Numbered from the stretch's first letter, positions 11,426-25,409 are shown. The stretch is DNA of 64,000 nucleotides from Octopus vulgaris (GCA_951406725.2 OX597814.1:195796001-195860000), one strand, 5' to 3'. A program made the numbers and translations. Notes: generated from the letters alone by a model not told the origin.

Positions 11426-12580
11426 TAGATATTGAAATAAAAAAAAATGGTATATGATTATTTATCGCATCGTCATGATTAATGAATATGTTCCAAATTG
11501 GTGTGAGCCTTTGAAGGGGCTATCCATCAACTTCTGATATGGAAATACGAGGGTTTCGGTTTGCAATTCTTGTCGATGTAAATTTGAGTCGTAAGTGAAA
11601 TATACACATTCAGGATTCGAACTCGGTTCTCGGTTTATGTCCTGTAGATGTATACTGCCTAGCTATATGAATATTTTGTACTACAGCTTAAGGAGTATTT
11701 TAGACTTTAAATTAAGTGAAATGCTATAATGGGGTATATTGGATGTGTATCTGAATTCGATTTAATTGAACATATTTTTAGTAACAACCAAGAAATAGCT
11801 AGTTCTTAATTAATTTATTTAAGTAACCTTGTTATTATGGTCATATGATGTAATTTCTCTTGTCTCTTCGACTATAGTCAGTGGAAACTAGCCGAAATCA
11901 TATTGAAATGAATGTGAACAATTAAAAGCAAACACACGATCTCGGATTAGTCACAATATATTCAGGTTCGTCAATAACTTAAAATATGACGACTTTTGTA
12001 AGCATATTTCGACAAGTGACATTTATCTATTCGATCTAAACCGTTGCAGGCTCTTGGTTAACTTATCGGAAATGAGTTCGACTCGATGAAGTCCTTTGAA
12101 AGAATTTGGCACAAAAGTCTAATTATGAAAAATTCCCTTCGCATACAATATCACCTTCGGGAATATCAGGAAGAAGGTAAACAGGAGAGACATTAGAATA
12201 CCCCATTCTTGCCAATATCGGAAATTACTTTAACCAAAGAGGAAAGGAATATATTAACTTCTTGAAAAGGTCGACTGGAACTAACAGAGAACGTATTAAG
12301 TTTATGAACATCTCATAATTGTTATAAGTAATATTAAATAAACGTTAACACAACCTTTAGTGAATGATTGGTGTCCCGTTATTGATGTGGCCTGTATAGT
12401 TTATAATACAATCAAGAATATTTAGTATTCCTTGTTCAAGGAGTTACATAACTGATATATATGAGATAATAGGGGTTCCTGGCATAATCACAAAACCTCA
12501 AATTTGCTAGATGGGTCTTTGTCAATTTAAATACAGCTGAGTTGCTGACTGGTAGTTTTTAGTGCCTGAAACATTGAATT

Positions 12581-12613
<33 letters not shown>

Positions 12614-12624
12614 ATATATTATAT

Positions 12625-13750
12625 GTAGAAAAATACAAACTGGGACAAGAACGTAAAACATTTAGAAGACGATACAAAAAACACGGACGGGACATTCGAA
12701 GCCTTCAATCTTCAGTCAAGAACCGTATCATCCTAGCAATTTCGGCTGATTAATCTTGAGATCGGTCCGATCCGGCCAGCCCCAAGGAAATATTAGCTAC
12801 GAGCATTAGATTTCTTGGGAAAAGGATCGAATGTATACGAAACAGGGACAGAAAGACGGACGATGCCACACGAATATAAAATACGAAAAACAATAATGGT
12901 AAAAACATGACAAAAACAGCGGGTGTCTTACGACTAATAGACAGTACAACTTAGTTTAGCTGGCGTATTTGGAAAAAAATGCCTTTTTCGGCAGACGAAG
13001 ACAACGATCTTCTCATGGCGCTGGTTAGAAGCCGAAAGGCTGGTTGACCAGCGGTCAAGTGAGAGGAGAATAGAGAGAAAAGAAGGGGGGCAAACGAATC
13101 AAAGAGAGAGAGAAAAAGAGGGACGAAGGCAACAAATGGGGGAGAGAGAGAGAAAGAAGGAATTAAAGAGGGGAGAAGAAAGAGAGCGTGGCAAGGATTG
13201 GCTTGGCGACAGAATCAGTGAGTGCAGAGTGAGAAAGACAGAGAAATGTGAGAGAGTGGGGGAAGAGCAGACCAAAGAATCAGAGGCAAGAAAAGAGAAA
13301 AGGAGGAGAAGTAGAGAGAGAAAGAGAGAAAGAAAGAAAGAGAAAGAGACAGATCAAAGTAGAGTGCAAAGTGTGAAAGGCAGAGAAATGTAGGAGAGAG
13401 AGAGACAGTGTTATAGAGTCGCACCAGATTTAAAGGAATATGTACTTACATAAGGCCAAAGAGGGTAATATTATCATTATTGTTTTTACGTATTTTTGTA
13501 TTCTTATTCGTGTAACATCGTCCGTTTTTCCGTCCTTGTTTTGTATACATTCGAGGCTTTCTTCCAAGGAATCTAATGCGCTTGGCTTAGATTTTCCTTT
13601 GGGGCTGGCCAGATTGGAGCAATCTCAAGATTAATCAGCCGAAATTGCGAGGATGATCCGGTTCTTGACTGAAGATTGAAAGCTTCGAATGTCCCGTCCG
13701 TGTTTTTTGAATAGTCTTCTAAATGTTTTGCGTTCTTGTCCCAGTTTTTT
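12625..13750. mobile_element. Non-coding element with ~270-bp inverted arms (putative PLE pLTR pair)
   Basis: 12630-12900 is a diverged reverse complement of 13476-13748; flanked by (TA)n; a third fragment lies at 14230-14405. Confidence 0.65.
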
Positions 13751-13791
13751 ACATATACATATATATATAGCGGTGCCCATACCCTTTTGGT

Positions 13792-13839
<48 letters not shown>

Positions 13840-13840
<1 letters not shown>

Positions 13841-13878
13841 AAGCGATGAATAGCTTTGCGTAAACCATGGTTCGCTTT
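13840..13878 (+). ncRNA. Hammerhead-like motif, A3-U8 core, one extra base in GAAA
   Basis: AAAGCG-ATGAATA-GC(TTT)GC-GTAAAC-CATG-GTT-CGCTTT; 6-bp stem I; palindromic AACCATGGTT. Confidence 0.45.
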
Positions 13879-14084
13879 GTTCTCTTACTTTATTATCATC
13901 TTATAATCATCTCATAATAATGACTTTTATGACTCTCAGTCAATCTAAATGTATATATTTGTCGTTACCTGTCATAAATAGCCTTTTTCTATTTGCAATG
14001 TGCATTTTCGTTGATTTTTCATATTTTACTCTTACATTTCCACGTGTATTTTATAGTTTCTTTTCGTAACATATTTCTACTATA

Positions 14085-14180
<96 letters not shown>

Positions 14181-14403
14181 CATACATATACATACATATA
14201 TAGACACACACACACTCACACACATGTGCATATAAAATACAAAATGGGACAATAACGCAAAACATCCGGACAATTAGGTGATACAAAAAGGAACAACAAA
14301 ACATCCAGATTCAGGATACAAAGAAAACAAGGACGGGTCATTCGAAGTTTTCTATCTTCAGTCAAGAATCAGATTATCCTCGCAATTTCGACTGATTATT
14401 CTT

Positions 14404-14450
<47 letters not shown>

Positions 14451-14633
14451 TTATATAAATAAGGATAACATCGTTATTTAAAATACCGACCTTATGTGGC
14501 TAGCACGGGAATAAAAGCCTCGAAGGTAACAATTAATTATTAAAATTATAATTAAGGGTATGTAAGAGATACCACCACGCAAGAAATAGTAGCCAAACTT
14601 GACTCTGAAACCACATTAAATGTTTATATATAA

Positions 14634-14670
<37 letters not shown>

Positions 14671-15162
14671 AGACATTTAGACGATTAAACACAATTTTTG
14701 TTATTTCTTGATGAAAAAAAAATTCATGGTGTCCATGACGTCAACACACATAGACACATACCGAATACACAGACATATAATGAATGCCATGGCGTGTCAA
14801 TACACACAAACCGGTTCGCTATCTGTGACATATATGCACACACATTGTCTTCGCGCTCTCTAAGAAAAGAAAAGAAAAAAACCGTTGACTTCTTCACGTA
14901 CACAATATTTTAATCATTTAGAAATATTTTTTAACTGAATGTGATTTGATAATCCGGAATTCGTTAATTTCCGTAAATTATATTTATTTATTTACATTTA
15001 TTTTAAAGTGAAAGAAAGACGAAAGGGAAAGATGTATGTATGTGTATATGAAACGGACGCGTGTGAGTGAAACAGAGAGAAGGGGAGAGAAAGAGAGAGA
15101 GAGAAAGAGAGGAACAGAGAGAGAGAAACAGGGAGACAGAGTGAGTGAAGGGACGTATAAAA

Positions 15163-15870
15163 TAATGTTTATGTTTACCATAAATGGTCCTTTTAACATA
15201 CTGATCATTACTTGGTAGAATTATTAATTACTAATTAATTAATTCATTTTACCCTTTATTATTTCTGATAATATAATTCTCTCCCTGATAATAAACTACA
15301 GATTTTTCTGTAGGAATTTGTTGCTCGACAACACACGTGAGTGTGCGAAGGAGAATACGAAGTCTCATTCGTATGTTTTGAATTCGTTGGTACTGGAAGT
15401 TGAAAATAGTTTGTTTGATGTTACTTGAATCAGATAGGTATGTTCAATTTTTTCAGGGCTTTCTAATTTAAAATTATTGAAATCTTTGTGCTGATGAAGG
15501 GAATGTTAGAATGGAGATGTAATTCTTGCATCTCCATATCTATCTAACTCAGAAACGCGTCCACAAGTAATCAAATGCCGGGTGAACTTTCGTTATTTTC
15601 CCTCTATGCCTACGTGAACTGTTTTTGAGTATACATTGTCTGGGAGTTTCTTCTTCTAGTGGAAGAAATAGCTATGTTCTTTGCCTGCTATTTTTAAAAA
15701 TTCAGTATGTGGCGAAGCAAATTTTTTTGCTGAAACCTAATTATAATTATACTCATAATTATATAAAGTAATGTTTAAGTTTACCGCAAATGGCCCTTTT
15801 AACATACTGATCACTACTTGGTAGCTTTATTAATTACTAATTAATTAATTAATTTTACCCTTTATTATTA

Positions 15871-15876
<6 letters not shown>
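15163..15876 (+). mobile_element. PLE-like cassette: ~110-bp direct repeats bracketing a hammerhead
   Basis: 15163-15270 is similar to 15769-15876; a homolog lies at 29815-30025. Confidence 0.65.
15486..15566 (+). ncRNA. Type I hammerhead with long stem II
   Basis: TTGTG-CTGATGA-[GTTAGA ATGGAGATGTAA / TTGCATCTCCAT TCTAAC]-GAAAC-GC-GTC-CACAA; palindromic ACGCGT; GUC site. Confidence 0.7.
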
Positions 15877-15918
<42 letters not shown>

Positions 15919-15966
15919 GGTGTGTGTGATTGTGTATATATATATATATATGTGGGTGTGGGTGAT

Positions 15967-16012
<46 letters not shown>

Positions 16013-16189
16013 ATAAGACACCCATGAGATATAGTATACGACACCCATGGTGCTGCGCAGTAGAAGTGAACCCCAAACCACGAGGTTGTGAAGCGAGTTT
16101 CTTAAACACACATCCAGGCATGGGGCTAGGCATGAATTTAAGCCTTTTAGGTGGATCGCTTTCACGAACTTGATTTTCGTCAGCTTGTA

Positions 16190-16586
16190 TTATCGTCGTC
16201 GTCGTCATGTTGTTGTACGCCTGTAGCACATTGACGACACTATAGCGATTAAGCACAAGATCTCCAGCTGCTTTGCCAGTCTGGTACAATCAGCTCTTGA
16301 TACTGTTCATTCATTGCGTTCTTTGCTGGATTTCGATCTGTTGCCCATTACTCTTCCTTCCATGTTGTTTTCCAAATCTCTACTTCTTCGAATACGGCCA
16401 ACAATGTTCAGGAGTTGCCGTCTTTCACCGACGTGTTGCAACACCCATTCTTAGAGACTCAACCTTCTCCTATACACCCACATTTGAAACGCATTGATTT
16501 CATTATCTTCAAATTTGTTCAGACTTTATGCTTTTCCACCAGATATGCCTATTGGCCAAATGAGCGCTCACACAAGATTTTTATTA
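16190..16586 (-). pseudogene. RTE-clade LINE 3' fragment (RT C-terminus), degraded
   Basis: Reverse frames give ALIWPIGISG...NEINAFQMWVYRRRL...MEGRVMGNR, resembling the RTE motif AFEMWCYRRML; ends in (GAC)n. Confidence 0.7.
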
Positions 16587-16924
16587 TCTATGCATATCAA
16601 GCTGAAGTTGTCTGTGTGTGTGTGTGGCGGGGGGCAGGTTTGGTAGCCTTCAACTAACACTATCTCCTCCGAGAACCTGCTGTGCAAGTTGACCAAAATT
16701 GAGAGTATGTTAGAAGAAGGCTTGCTCTTCAGTCCGTAGAAGAAAAACCTCAAATCGGACCATGTTAAGACCAAAAATTATTTACATAAAAAAGGTGCAT
16801 TTTTTTCTATGAAAATCCCTACTTTTTACGATTTTTTTGACTGCTGTTAACTTGACATCAAAGTATGCCGTTTTATGCGCAACTAAAAAAAACAAACCCG
16901 AGCAACGCCGGGCTATACTGCTAG
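16587..16924 (+). mobile_element. Non-autonomous Helitron
   Basis: 5' TC; 3' hairpin CCCGAGCAACGCCGGG followed by CTAG; sits between A and T; internally deleted relative of 39774-40415. Confidence 0.8.
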
Positions 16925-17163
16925 TACTTCTCATAAAGTCGGAAAATCATCAAAGTTGTACTATCTCATTTCCAATTTGCGTCCATGCTTTTATAAGAGA
17001 AATGCAGAATAAATTAGGTGATTTTTTTGTAAATGAAGCTGACCAGTAAACGTTAGTCTCTTATATATTTAAATATAACTTCAATAATAACGGGTTCCCA
17101 TATAATTTTTGAAAACTATTCGAGCATGAGACCTTTTGAAAAGAAACAAAGAACATCTACTTG

Positions 17164-17195
<32 letters not shown>

Positions 17196-17292
17196 TATAC
17201 ATATTTCCTTTCCTGAGCGTCTGTTAATACTTTACATGTAACCCGTCCTCTCATTATTTCTTCGTGTTTGTTCTTTTTTGGATTTATTATAA

Positions 17293-17333
<41 letters not shown>

Positions 17334-17378
17334 ATTAGATATAAGTATAAGAGAAACAAGTAGTATTTAAATTAAAAT

Positions 17379-17442
<64 letters not shown>

Positions 17443-17659
17443 GTAAGTGTGTATAGTGTGTATGTAAGAACGTGTGTGTGAGAGAGTGTGAGAAAGGAGA
17501 TTGTATTTACATATATATCACAAGAGTTATACCCTCGTATGTTCTATGCACTGAATAACAACCAGCAAAGGGTAACAAGTAAACTGGGAGTTATGCCACC
17601 ATGTACACAAACATCAGAAACTTTAATAATGATCAAAGAAAGGAACCAAAAAAAAAATC

Positions 17660-17671
17660 GTTATTATTATC

Positions 17672-17708
<37 letters not shown>

Positions 17709-17742
17709 CTATTATTATTATCATCATTATTTTTATAATTCA

Positions 17743-17820
<78 letters not shown>

Positions 17821-17830
17821 TATTGTTGTT
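17660..17830. repeat. (TAT)n microsatellite
   Basis: Direct reading. Confidence 0.95.
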
Positions 17831-18103
17831 ATGAGTCTGTAAAACAAAATATCTACGACATTCAACAATGCAGAGACAGAAGACAAAGAGAGCGTGTGAT
17901 AGAAAGGGAGAGACAGAGGTGAATAGACGTTTTGTATCTTTGTAAATGAAGTTACAGAACCTGAGTAGATGGTTAAACTATTGATGTAAGAATTAATTTT
18001 CTTCTTCCTAAACATCTAAGTCTCTCATTGTATTGTTCAGAACATCTAAATTAATGTTCGGGATAAAGGTCCATTTATATATATAATATACATACATACA
18101 TAC

Positions 18104-18143
<40 letters not shown>

Positions 18144-18155
18144 CATACATATATC

Positions 18156-18187
<32 letters not shown>

Positions 18188-18527
18188 GTATATATATGTA
18201 CATATACATTCTTTGTGCATATCATACCAACATTACCCAAGTAAATGTAATGGTATATGTACGTATCGGTGTCTGTGTGGATGTATTTTATAAAGACATA
18301 TACTTTATTATGCACATATACACACACAAATGGGTGTTTAGATATAAGTGAATAAGCATGCAAACGCACGTATTTATATAATATATATATTTAAAGAAGT
18401 ATCGATTTAAATGTGCACATACATATATAACACATGTCTATATTATATATATATATATATGTTTATGTATATATATATATCAAAATTACATTCATTCATA
18501 TACCCATGTCTATGTATATCTACATAT

Positions 18528-18572
<45 letters not shown>

Positions 18573-19744
18573 CATATATATATACATATGTGTATGTATA
18601 TGAATGTAAGTATATATATATGTATACATGTAGTATATATATTATATGCAATATATATATATATACATATATATATATACGTATATGTATATATATGAAT
18701 GTAACTATATATGTATGTATACATGTAGTATATATATTATATGCAATATATATATACATATATATACATATGTGTATATATATGAATTTAAGTATATATA
18801 TATATGTATAAATGTAGTATATATATTAGATGCAATATATATATATATATACTGTCGTATATATATATGCGTGTGTGCACAAACACAAAACACACAGACA
18901 TACAAATATACGCACACATAAACACATGAACACAGACACACACATACGCAGACACAGCCATACACACACGCTTACACACACACACGCACGCGCACACACA
19001 TTTATAAGTATGTAAAGAAACCCATATTTGTCGGTGCACAATGTAACCGCACAAAATAATCATCTTTACTGTTGTATGATGTTTAATGAATGACCTCCTT
19101 TCGGCCATTGTTCTCTACCTTTTTACTCTACACTGAAGGTGATTTAATTGATCTATCGGAAAATATAACCTTTTAACCGAACATAATTCTTTAGATAAAG
19201 CAACTTTACATTCTCCTCGCTATGTAGGTTCTCTTGCATTAACGACAAACTCACACATGCACACACTCACACACACAAACACACACACACACACATAGCA
19301 GGTTCACAGACACACAGAGTAATCAGAGAAAGACGAGATGCTTACACATACATAATTTGTACGCATGCACATTTACACATTTCATCATTTACAATCAAAC
19401 ATTTCACACTCATTCTCACCTTACTTATGTAAATATATTGTCAATACCATATACATATACATACATATATACACATACGTAGATATATGTATGTATGTAT
19501 ATATATATTCATACATATATATATATCTGTATGTATATATATATATATATATATATATGATATATATGTATATATACATATATATATGATATATATGTAT
19601 ATATACATATATATATGTATATATGTATATACATATATATACATACGTATATATATATATGTATATATACATATATATATATATACATATATAAATATGT
19701 ATGAGTATTCATAAGTACATAATGTACATACATGAATACGTACA

Positions 19745-19780
<36 letters not shown>

Positions 19781-20108
19781 CATATATATATACGTATGTA
19801 TATATATATATGTACATACACATATATGCAAACATCTAAAATTATATATATATATACAGTGTATTGATGCAAATGGAAACCTCTATTCAAACAAAATATT
19901 AATAAAAACCTGATAACCAAATATGTTAGTGCATAATGACATCTATTCGTTATAACTGGCACATCGTATCGAATGAATGTACAATCCTTCATATTCACAC
20001 ACCTACACCCGCGCATTTACATGTACACGAATATAATTGTACACATCACGAAATTTGCACACTAAATCACGAGATAAATCTTCACACCATATCACATGAA
20101 ATAGTAAA

Positions 20109-20145
<37 letters not shown>

Positions 20146-20535
20146 CTGAATGCATTTTTGAATATATGTATGTACGTAAGTATGTACTAATCAGTCTGTT
20201 TATCTATCTATGCACACACGCGCGTGCGCATACATATACATATAAATTCCCAATAAAAAAGCAGAAAAGCATAACTTCAAAGATCGTGTTTTATCTATAT
20301 TCAACGGCTGTTTCATTAGGAATAAACATATTAAACGCCATAAACTATTTTTGATTTAAATACTGCAATATATTTAAACTGGCACTTGATTATTGCTAAC
20401 ATAGCTGTAATATTCGTAATGGTTTGTAATAAATATTGCACATAAGCCTAAACTAAGGTTTAAGGATTGCCTTAAAAACGTTCTAATAGAGACAGGAATT
20501 GCAGCTGGTAATTGGGAGTGGGAGGCACAAAACTG

Positions 20536-20569
<34 letters not shown>

Positions 20570-20599
20570 CAAATAAACGAAAACAATCTCTTACCGTTA

Positions 20600-20660
20600 A
20601 TGGTGAACATGTTTCTAGATCGTAGGCGAGAAATTGCCTAAAGTCTTTCGTCAGCACCAT
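20600..20660 (-). ncRNA. Type I hammerhead ribozyme, CUGACGA core
   Basis: Revcomp ATGGTG-CTGACGA-AAGACTTTAGGC(AATTTCTC)GCCTACGATCTA-GAAAC-AT-GTT-CACCAT; perfect 6-bp stem I; palindromic AACATGTT. Confidence 0.75.
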
Positions 20661-21080
20661 CTTCGTTAGATTTATCAAATGCCACCAGCCTCCACCTCTG
20701 ATCAGGCGTCATCAGATAGTGTGGGGAAGTGTGCATAGGGTAAAACTAAGTAAACGACTGAGACCGTAAATTTTCCCTCCAAAATTCTGCCATGCGCACC
20801 ACCGGGATAATCCGATTTTGCGTATGTGAATCGCAGGGTTATGTCGTATATGGAGCCTCCACTTGTAGAAAATGGAAATAAACAGTCTCTGACTGCCATT
20901 TCTAATTCTTTCGGTATGCGGCAGAGCAACCTGTTGCCTGCCCTTTTAATTATATACTACTATATATACTGAATTCTACAGAAGTTCCAGACGCTAAAAG
21001 TCATATTTACATACCGAAATTTACCGGTAAATAATTGTTGGTTGTCTAAAAAAACCATCGAAAAAAATTATTTACCCTTT

Positions 21081-21150
<70 letters not shown>

Positions 21151-21807
21151 TTAGATATTGATATATCAAACTTACAAAGAACACAAACGACAGAGAAAAT
21201 TAAAAGGAATGAAGTAACATGTTATTTACTTCCATTACTGGTTGTATATTTTGATGAACGACATCTATCAACATTATGGGGGATCTCGGAGCCCACAGAG
21301 ACAGCTTTTGGGATTGTAACAGCTTACCTCCTTCCCATAAATTTTTTTCTAAATTAAGCACATGGCTTACAGTTCTTGAGGTAGGAAAATGTTTTGCTGA
21401 TATCAACAGTTCCAATATTTAATTAGCACTTTTTTTGAATCGATATTGGAGAGATAAAATTTGATCCCGACGAGATTTGAACTCAGAGCAGAAAGCGGCG
21501 CAATAAATACTGCCGACGTTTTGTCAGACGCTTTAAGCATTCAGCCAGCATGCTTCTTTTTGGTACTAATCGGGTCACATGGCTAGCAATTTTTGAAAGG
21601 AAGGAGGTTAGTCCATGGTGTCGGTCAAATTACTTGCTTGGTACTTTATTTTGTTTACCCGGCAGAGAGGAAAAGTGAAGATGAACTTGGCAGGATTTGA
21701 ACTGAGAATGTACAGAAGCAGAACATCGCAAAGCACTCTTTCTGCTGCTCTAAACATTCAGCCAATCCGCCGTCAAAAAGATTATTATGAAAGTAACACT
21801 CGGTCAG

Positions 21808-22445
21808 GAGTCGTCGGTTACGACGACGTGGGTTCCAGTTAATCTGATCAATGGAACAGCCTGTTCGGGTAATTAATTGCAAAGTGACTGAATACTTCAT
21901 GGATACGCGTACCTTTCACGTGGTTCTCGAGGAAATTCAGCGTGGCACAGAAAGTGACAAGGCGGGCCCTTTGAAATGCAGGCACAATTCATTTTTGCCA
22001 GCTGAGTGGACTGATGCATCGAGAAATAAGGCAACTTGCTCAATTGACAAAACTCACTTCCGAAGATCGAACTCACGACCTTACGATCGTTTTGTTTGTT
22101 TGTTCCTTCCCGAGCCATGTCTGGCTCATAAGGGCCGGTTTCCCGGTTTACTTGGCGTATAGGTTTCCCATCTGGACGGGACGCCGGTCCGTCGTAGGTG
22201 AGCTGCAAGATACAGGAGGAAAGAGTGAAAGAAATTTGTGGCGAAAGAGTCAGCAGAAGTTCGCCATTACCTTCTGCCGGAGCCGCGTGGAGCTTAGGTG
22301 TTTCGCTCATAAACACACGCATTGCTCGGTCTGAGATTCGAACTCGCGATCCCTCGCCCGCGAGTCCGCTGTCCTAACCACTAGGCCATGTGCCTCCACG
22401 ATCGTGAACTGAATACACTAACCACGAAGCCACGCGCCTTCACAA
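21808..22445 (-). mobile_element. SINE D interrupted by a SINE C insertion
   Basis: D head at 22399-22445; D body and tail at 21808-22090. Confidence 0.8.
22091..22397 (-). mobile_element. Full-length SINE C variant with (CAAA)n tail
   Basis: 8-bp TSD ACGATCGT at 22083-22090 and 22398-22405; tRNA-like head with GAGTTCGAATC B-box. Confidence 0.85.
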
Positions 22446-23054
22446 AATAATTATTATAACGATAGGGAAAATGAGGTAAAATTTAATATAGATCACGCTG
22501 TAAGATAAGTTAGAATATATTCCCGAGTTATGCTTCATAATTTAGACGAAGAAATAAGAAATTTTGTTTCACCTTCGTTTCTTCAAAAACTTTAAACCGT
22601 TCAGATTGAGCAGTGACGTGTTGAAAAACTATTAACATTGCATGGTTGAGAGGATTGTTATCACTTAATCATTAATCGTTGTCTGATTAAACTTAATCAT
22701 TATCTGTCTGGGTTAGATTACGTACCAATAGTTACACTGTTGTATTGTTCACTAGAAATATTGCTGGCATTATCACTCTGCCGAGTTTCCAACACAGCTT
22801 TCACGCATGATTGCTTTTTCGCTATCTACACATTGTCAGTGATACGGCTGTCTACTGTCCCCTTGTCTGCTGTACTCCTGTCAGGTGTGAGTTTTACAAT
22901 CTTTAAATACAAGACACATCCAGTTTAAGAAAGACACCAGGAGTTACGTAGAAAGCTGATGGACATTAGAGTTTGAAGTTTGTAAGTTTAGATAAGACCG
23001 TATGCCATGGCAAGAAAGGGGAATTTGGGTTCGAGACTATCTTTTGTCTTTTAT

Positions 23055-23470
23055 TTTTTTTTTTACTTATTTCAGTGATTAGACTGCGGCCATGCTGGGG
23101 CACCGCCCGGAGGAATTTTAGTCAAACGAATCGACCCCACAATTTAATTTTTTTTAAAGTCTTGTATTTATTTTATTGGTCTTTTTTACTGAACCGCTAT
23201 GTTACAGGGATGTAAGTACACTAACGCTGGTTGTCAATCGGTGGTGGGACACAAAGACTCACACACACACAAGCACATGTACACACACACATAAGCACAT
23301 GTATACACACATCCATACACAAACATACACGACAGACTTCTTTCGGTTTCCGTTGACCAAAGCCTTGTGAGCGGCTTGAGGCTAAGATACTTGCCCACGA
23401 TGCCACGCAATGGGATTGAACCTGGAAACATGTAGTTTGGAGGAAAAGGCCTTACCACACAACCACACCT
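23055..23470 (-). mobile_element. SINE B, diverged
   Basis: GACTGCGGCCATGCTGGGGCACCGCC at one end and CTTACCACACAACCACACCTG at the other. Confidence 0.8.
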
Positions 23471-24217
23471 GTGCTCATCTCACTACCTATGTGACTAAAC
23501 CAACACTAGTTTCCTTGGACTTAAGTTTCATTCCTTGTAATTTCAAATAAATTCATTATAATTCAGGTAGAATCATATCAATAGACATTTCTGTACAAAG
23601 AAAACAACTAGAAGTTGTACGAAAATTTCAATACTAGGACCATGGTTTTACATTTTAGTACAAGGTCTGCAAATTTAGGGGAGTGATTTGGTCGATTACA
23701 TCGACCCCCAATACTCAGTTTCTGAGTTCAAATCCCGCCGATATCAAGTTTGCCTTTCTTGCCGCCGGGATCGATAAAGTAAAGTACCAGTGAATCACTG
23801 AGGTCGATATAATATACTTGTACCCACTCTCTAAAAATTGCTGGCTTTGAACTCTACAACAGAGAAGTGACTCGTTGTGGCAGAGTGTTGTGATCTCAGT
23901 CTCTAGTACGCCATGGAAAACGATCTTACGAAGCATGAGGCATACATACCTGGTTTGAAGATACCACTCTTTTTCATCTTTTGGAAATGTAGGCACAGGG
24001 ACGTGCGTGGGCTATCGCAGAGGGCTGACCAATGATGCTTCGTGAATTAATTTGGTCGAAGGAAACTGCTGAAAGCCCGTGGAGAGAGAGAGAGAGAGTG
24101 TGTGTGTGTGTGTGTGTGTACACACACACACGCACATATAATATAAATATATGTATGTATTTGTGTGTGTGCGTGCATGTGTGAGTGTGTGTCTGTGTGT
24201 GTCTGTACATATATATG

Positions 24218-24261
<44 letters not shown>

Positions 24262-24298
24262 TATGTTCTATGTAATTATGTATGTGAGTGAAGCCTGT

Positions 24299-24374
<76 letters not shown>

Positions 24375-24496
24375 GTGTGTGTGTGTGTGTGTGTGTATTT
24401 GGGGATGGTTGTGTTGCCAGTGTAGCCAATAAAAACACACGCACTATATATTTGGTGTTAATTTGCTTCAGCTTTATTTTAATTTTTACATTTATG

Positions 24497-24548
24497 GTAT
24501 TTCGGCCAGAGTTCTTTCGTCACACTTCCGTGACCTCATCAGTGGTCC
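24497..24548 (-). ncRNA. Hammerhead motif inside a ~43-bp inverted-repeat cassette
   Basis: Revcomp ACCA-CTGATGA-GGTCAC(GGAAGT)GTGAC-GAAAG-AA-CTC-TGG; flanking IRs at 24398-24441 and 24571-24613. Confidence 0.6.
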
Positions 24549-24683
24549 TTTGCTTTCTTCTTTCTTATTTGTGTTTTATTGGCTAAACTGGCAACATAAC
24601 CATCCCCAAATACAAGAATATCTATTTCAACACACGATTTCACATCAAGAATCTTGCAAAACGAACAGATAAACGTTTGTGTG

Positions 24684-24740
<57 letters not shown>

Positions 24741-24993
24741 ATGTGTGTATGTATATGTATGTATATATATATATATGTATATATATATTTGTATATATAT
24801 ATATCTATGTATATATATATGTATATATATATATGTATATATATATATGTATGTATATATATATGTATATATATATATATGTATATATATATATCTATGT
24901 ATGTATATATATATATGTATATATATATCTATGTATGTATATATATGTATATATATATATGTATATATATATGCATGTCTATATATATATGTA

Positions 24994-25024
<31 letters not shown>

Positions 25025-25409
25025 GCATATATATATATATATATAAACACACAAACATATATACATACATACGCACACACACACACATACACACACAATA
25101 CTACCTGCCTCAAATGACATACTTACCGAATTACCTTTCATTGATATATTCGATTTGCCGCCATTCCGTTCTATTTCCTTCACGCACACATTGTTGTCAT
25201 AACTGTAATTAATTTATAATTATTTATTGAGCACTTCCAGTAAAGAACACGTCGTTTTTTGGATGTGTTTAGACGTGAAACCTACCTGTGTCTGTTACCA
25301 CATACACACATATACACGCTTACAGATGCGCACAATCATATGCATATGCACTAAATGTGTGTTCATACACACACGCACACACATTCAGAAGCATACATAT
25401 ATCCATATC

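Noticed and set aside
13664-13700. CTGAAGA-TTGAAAGCTTC-GAAT-GTC (also at 12690 and 14335 on the minus strand)
   Set aside because: GAAA is incomplete and there is no stem I pairing; not called as a ribozyme.
20702-21415. Two non-repetitive 70-75 aa ORFs
   Set aside because: They have no recognisable motifs and lengths expected by chance; the first lies in an HHR cassette.
22325-22397. tRNA-like sequence with A and B boxes
   Set aside because: It continues into a SINE body with a TSD and no acceptor stem is evident; it is a SINE head, not a tRNA gene.
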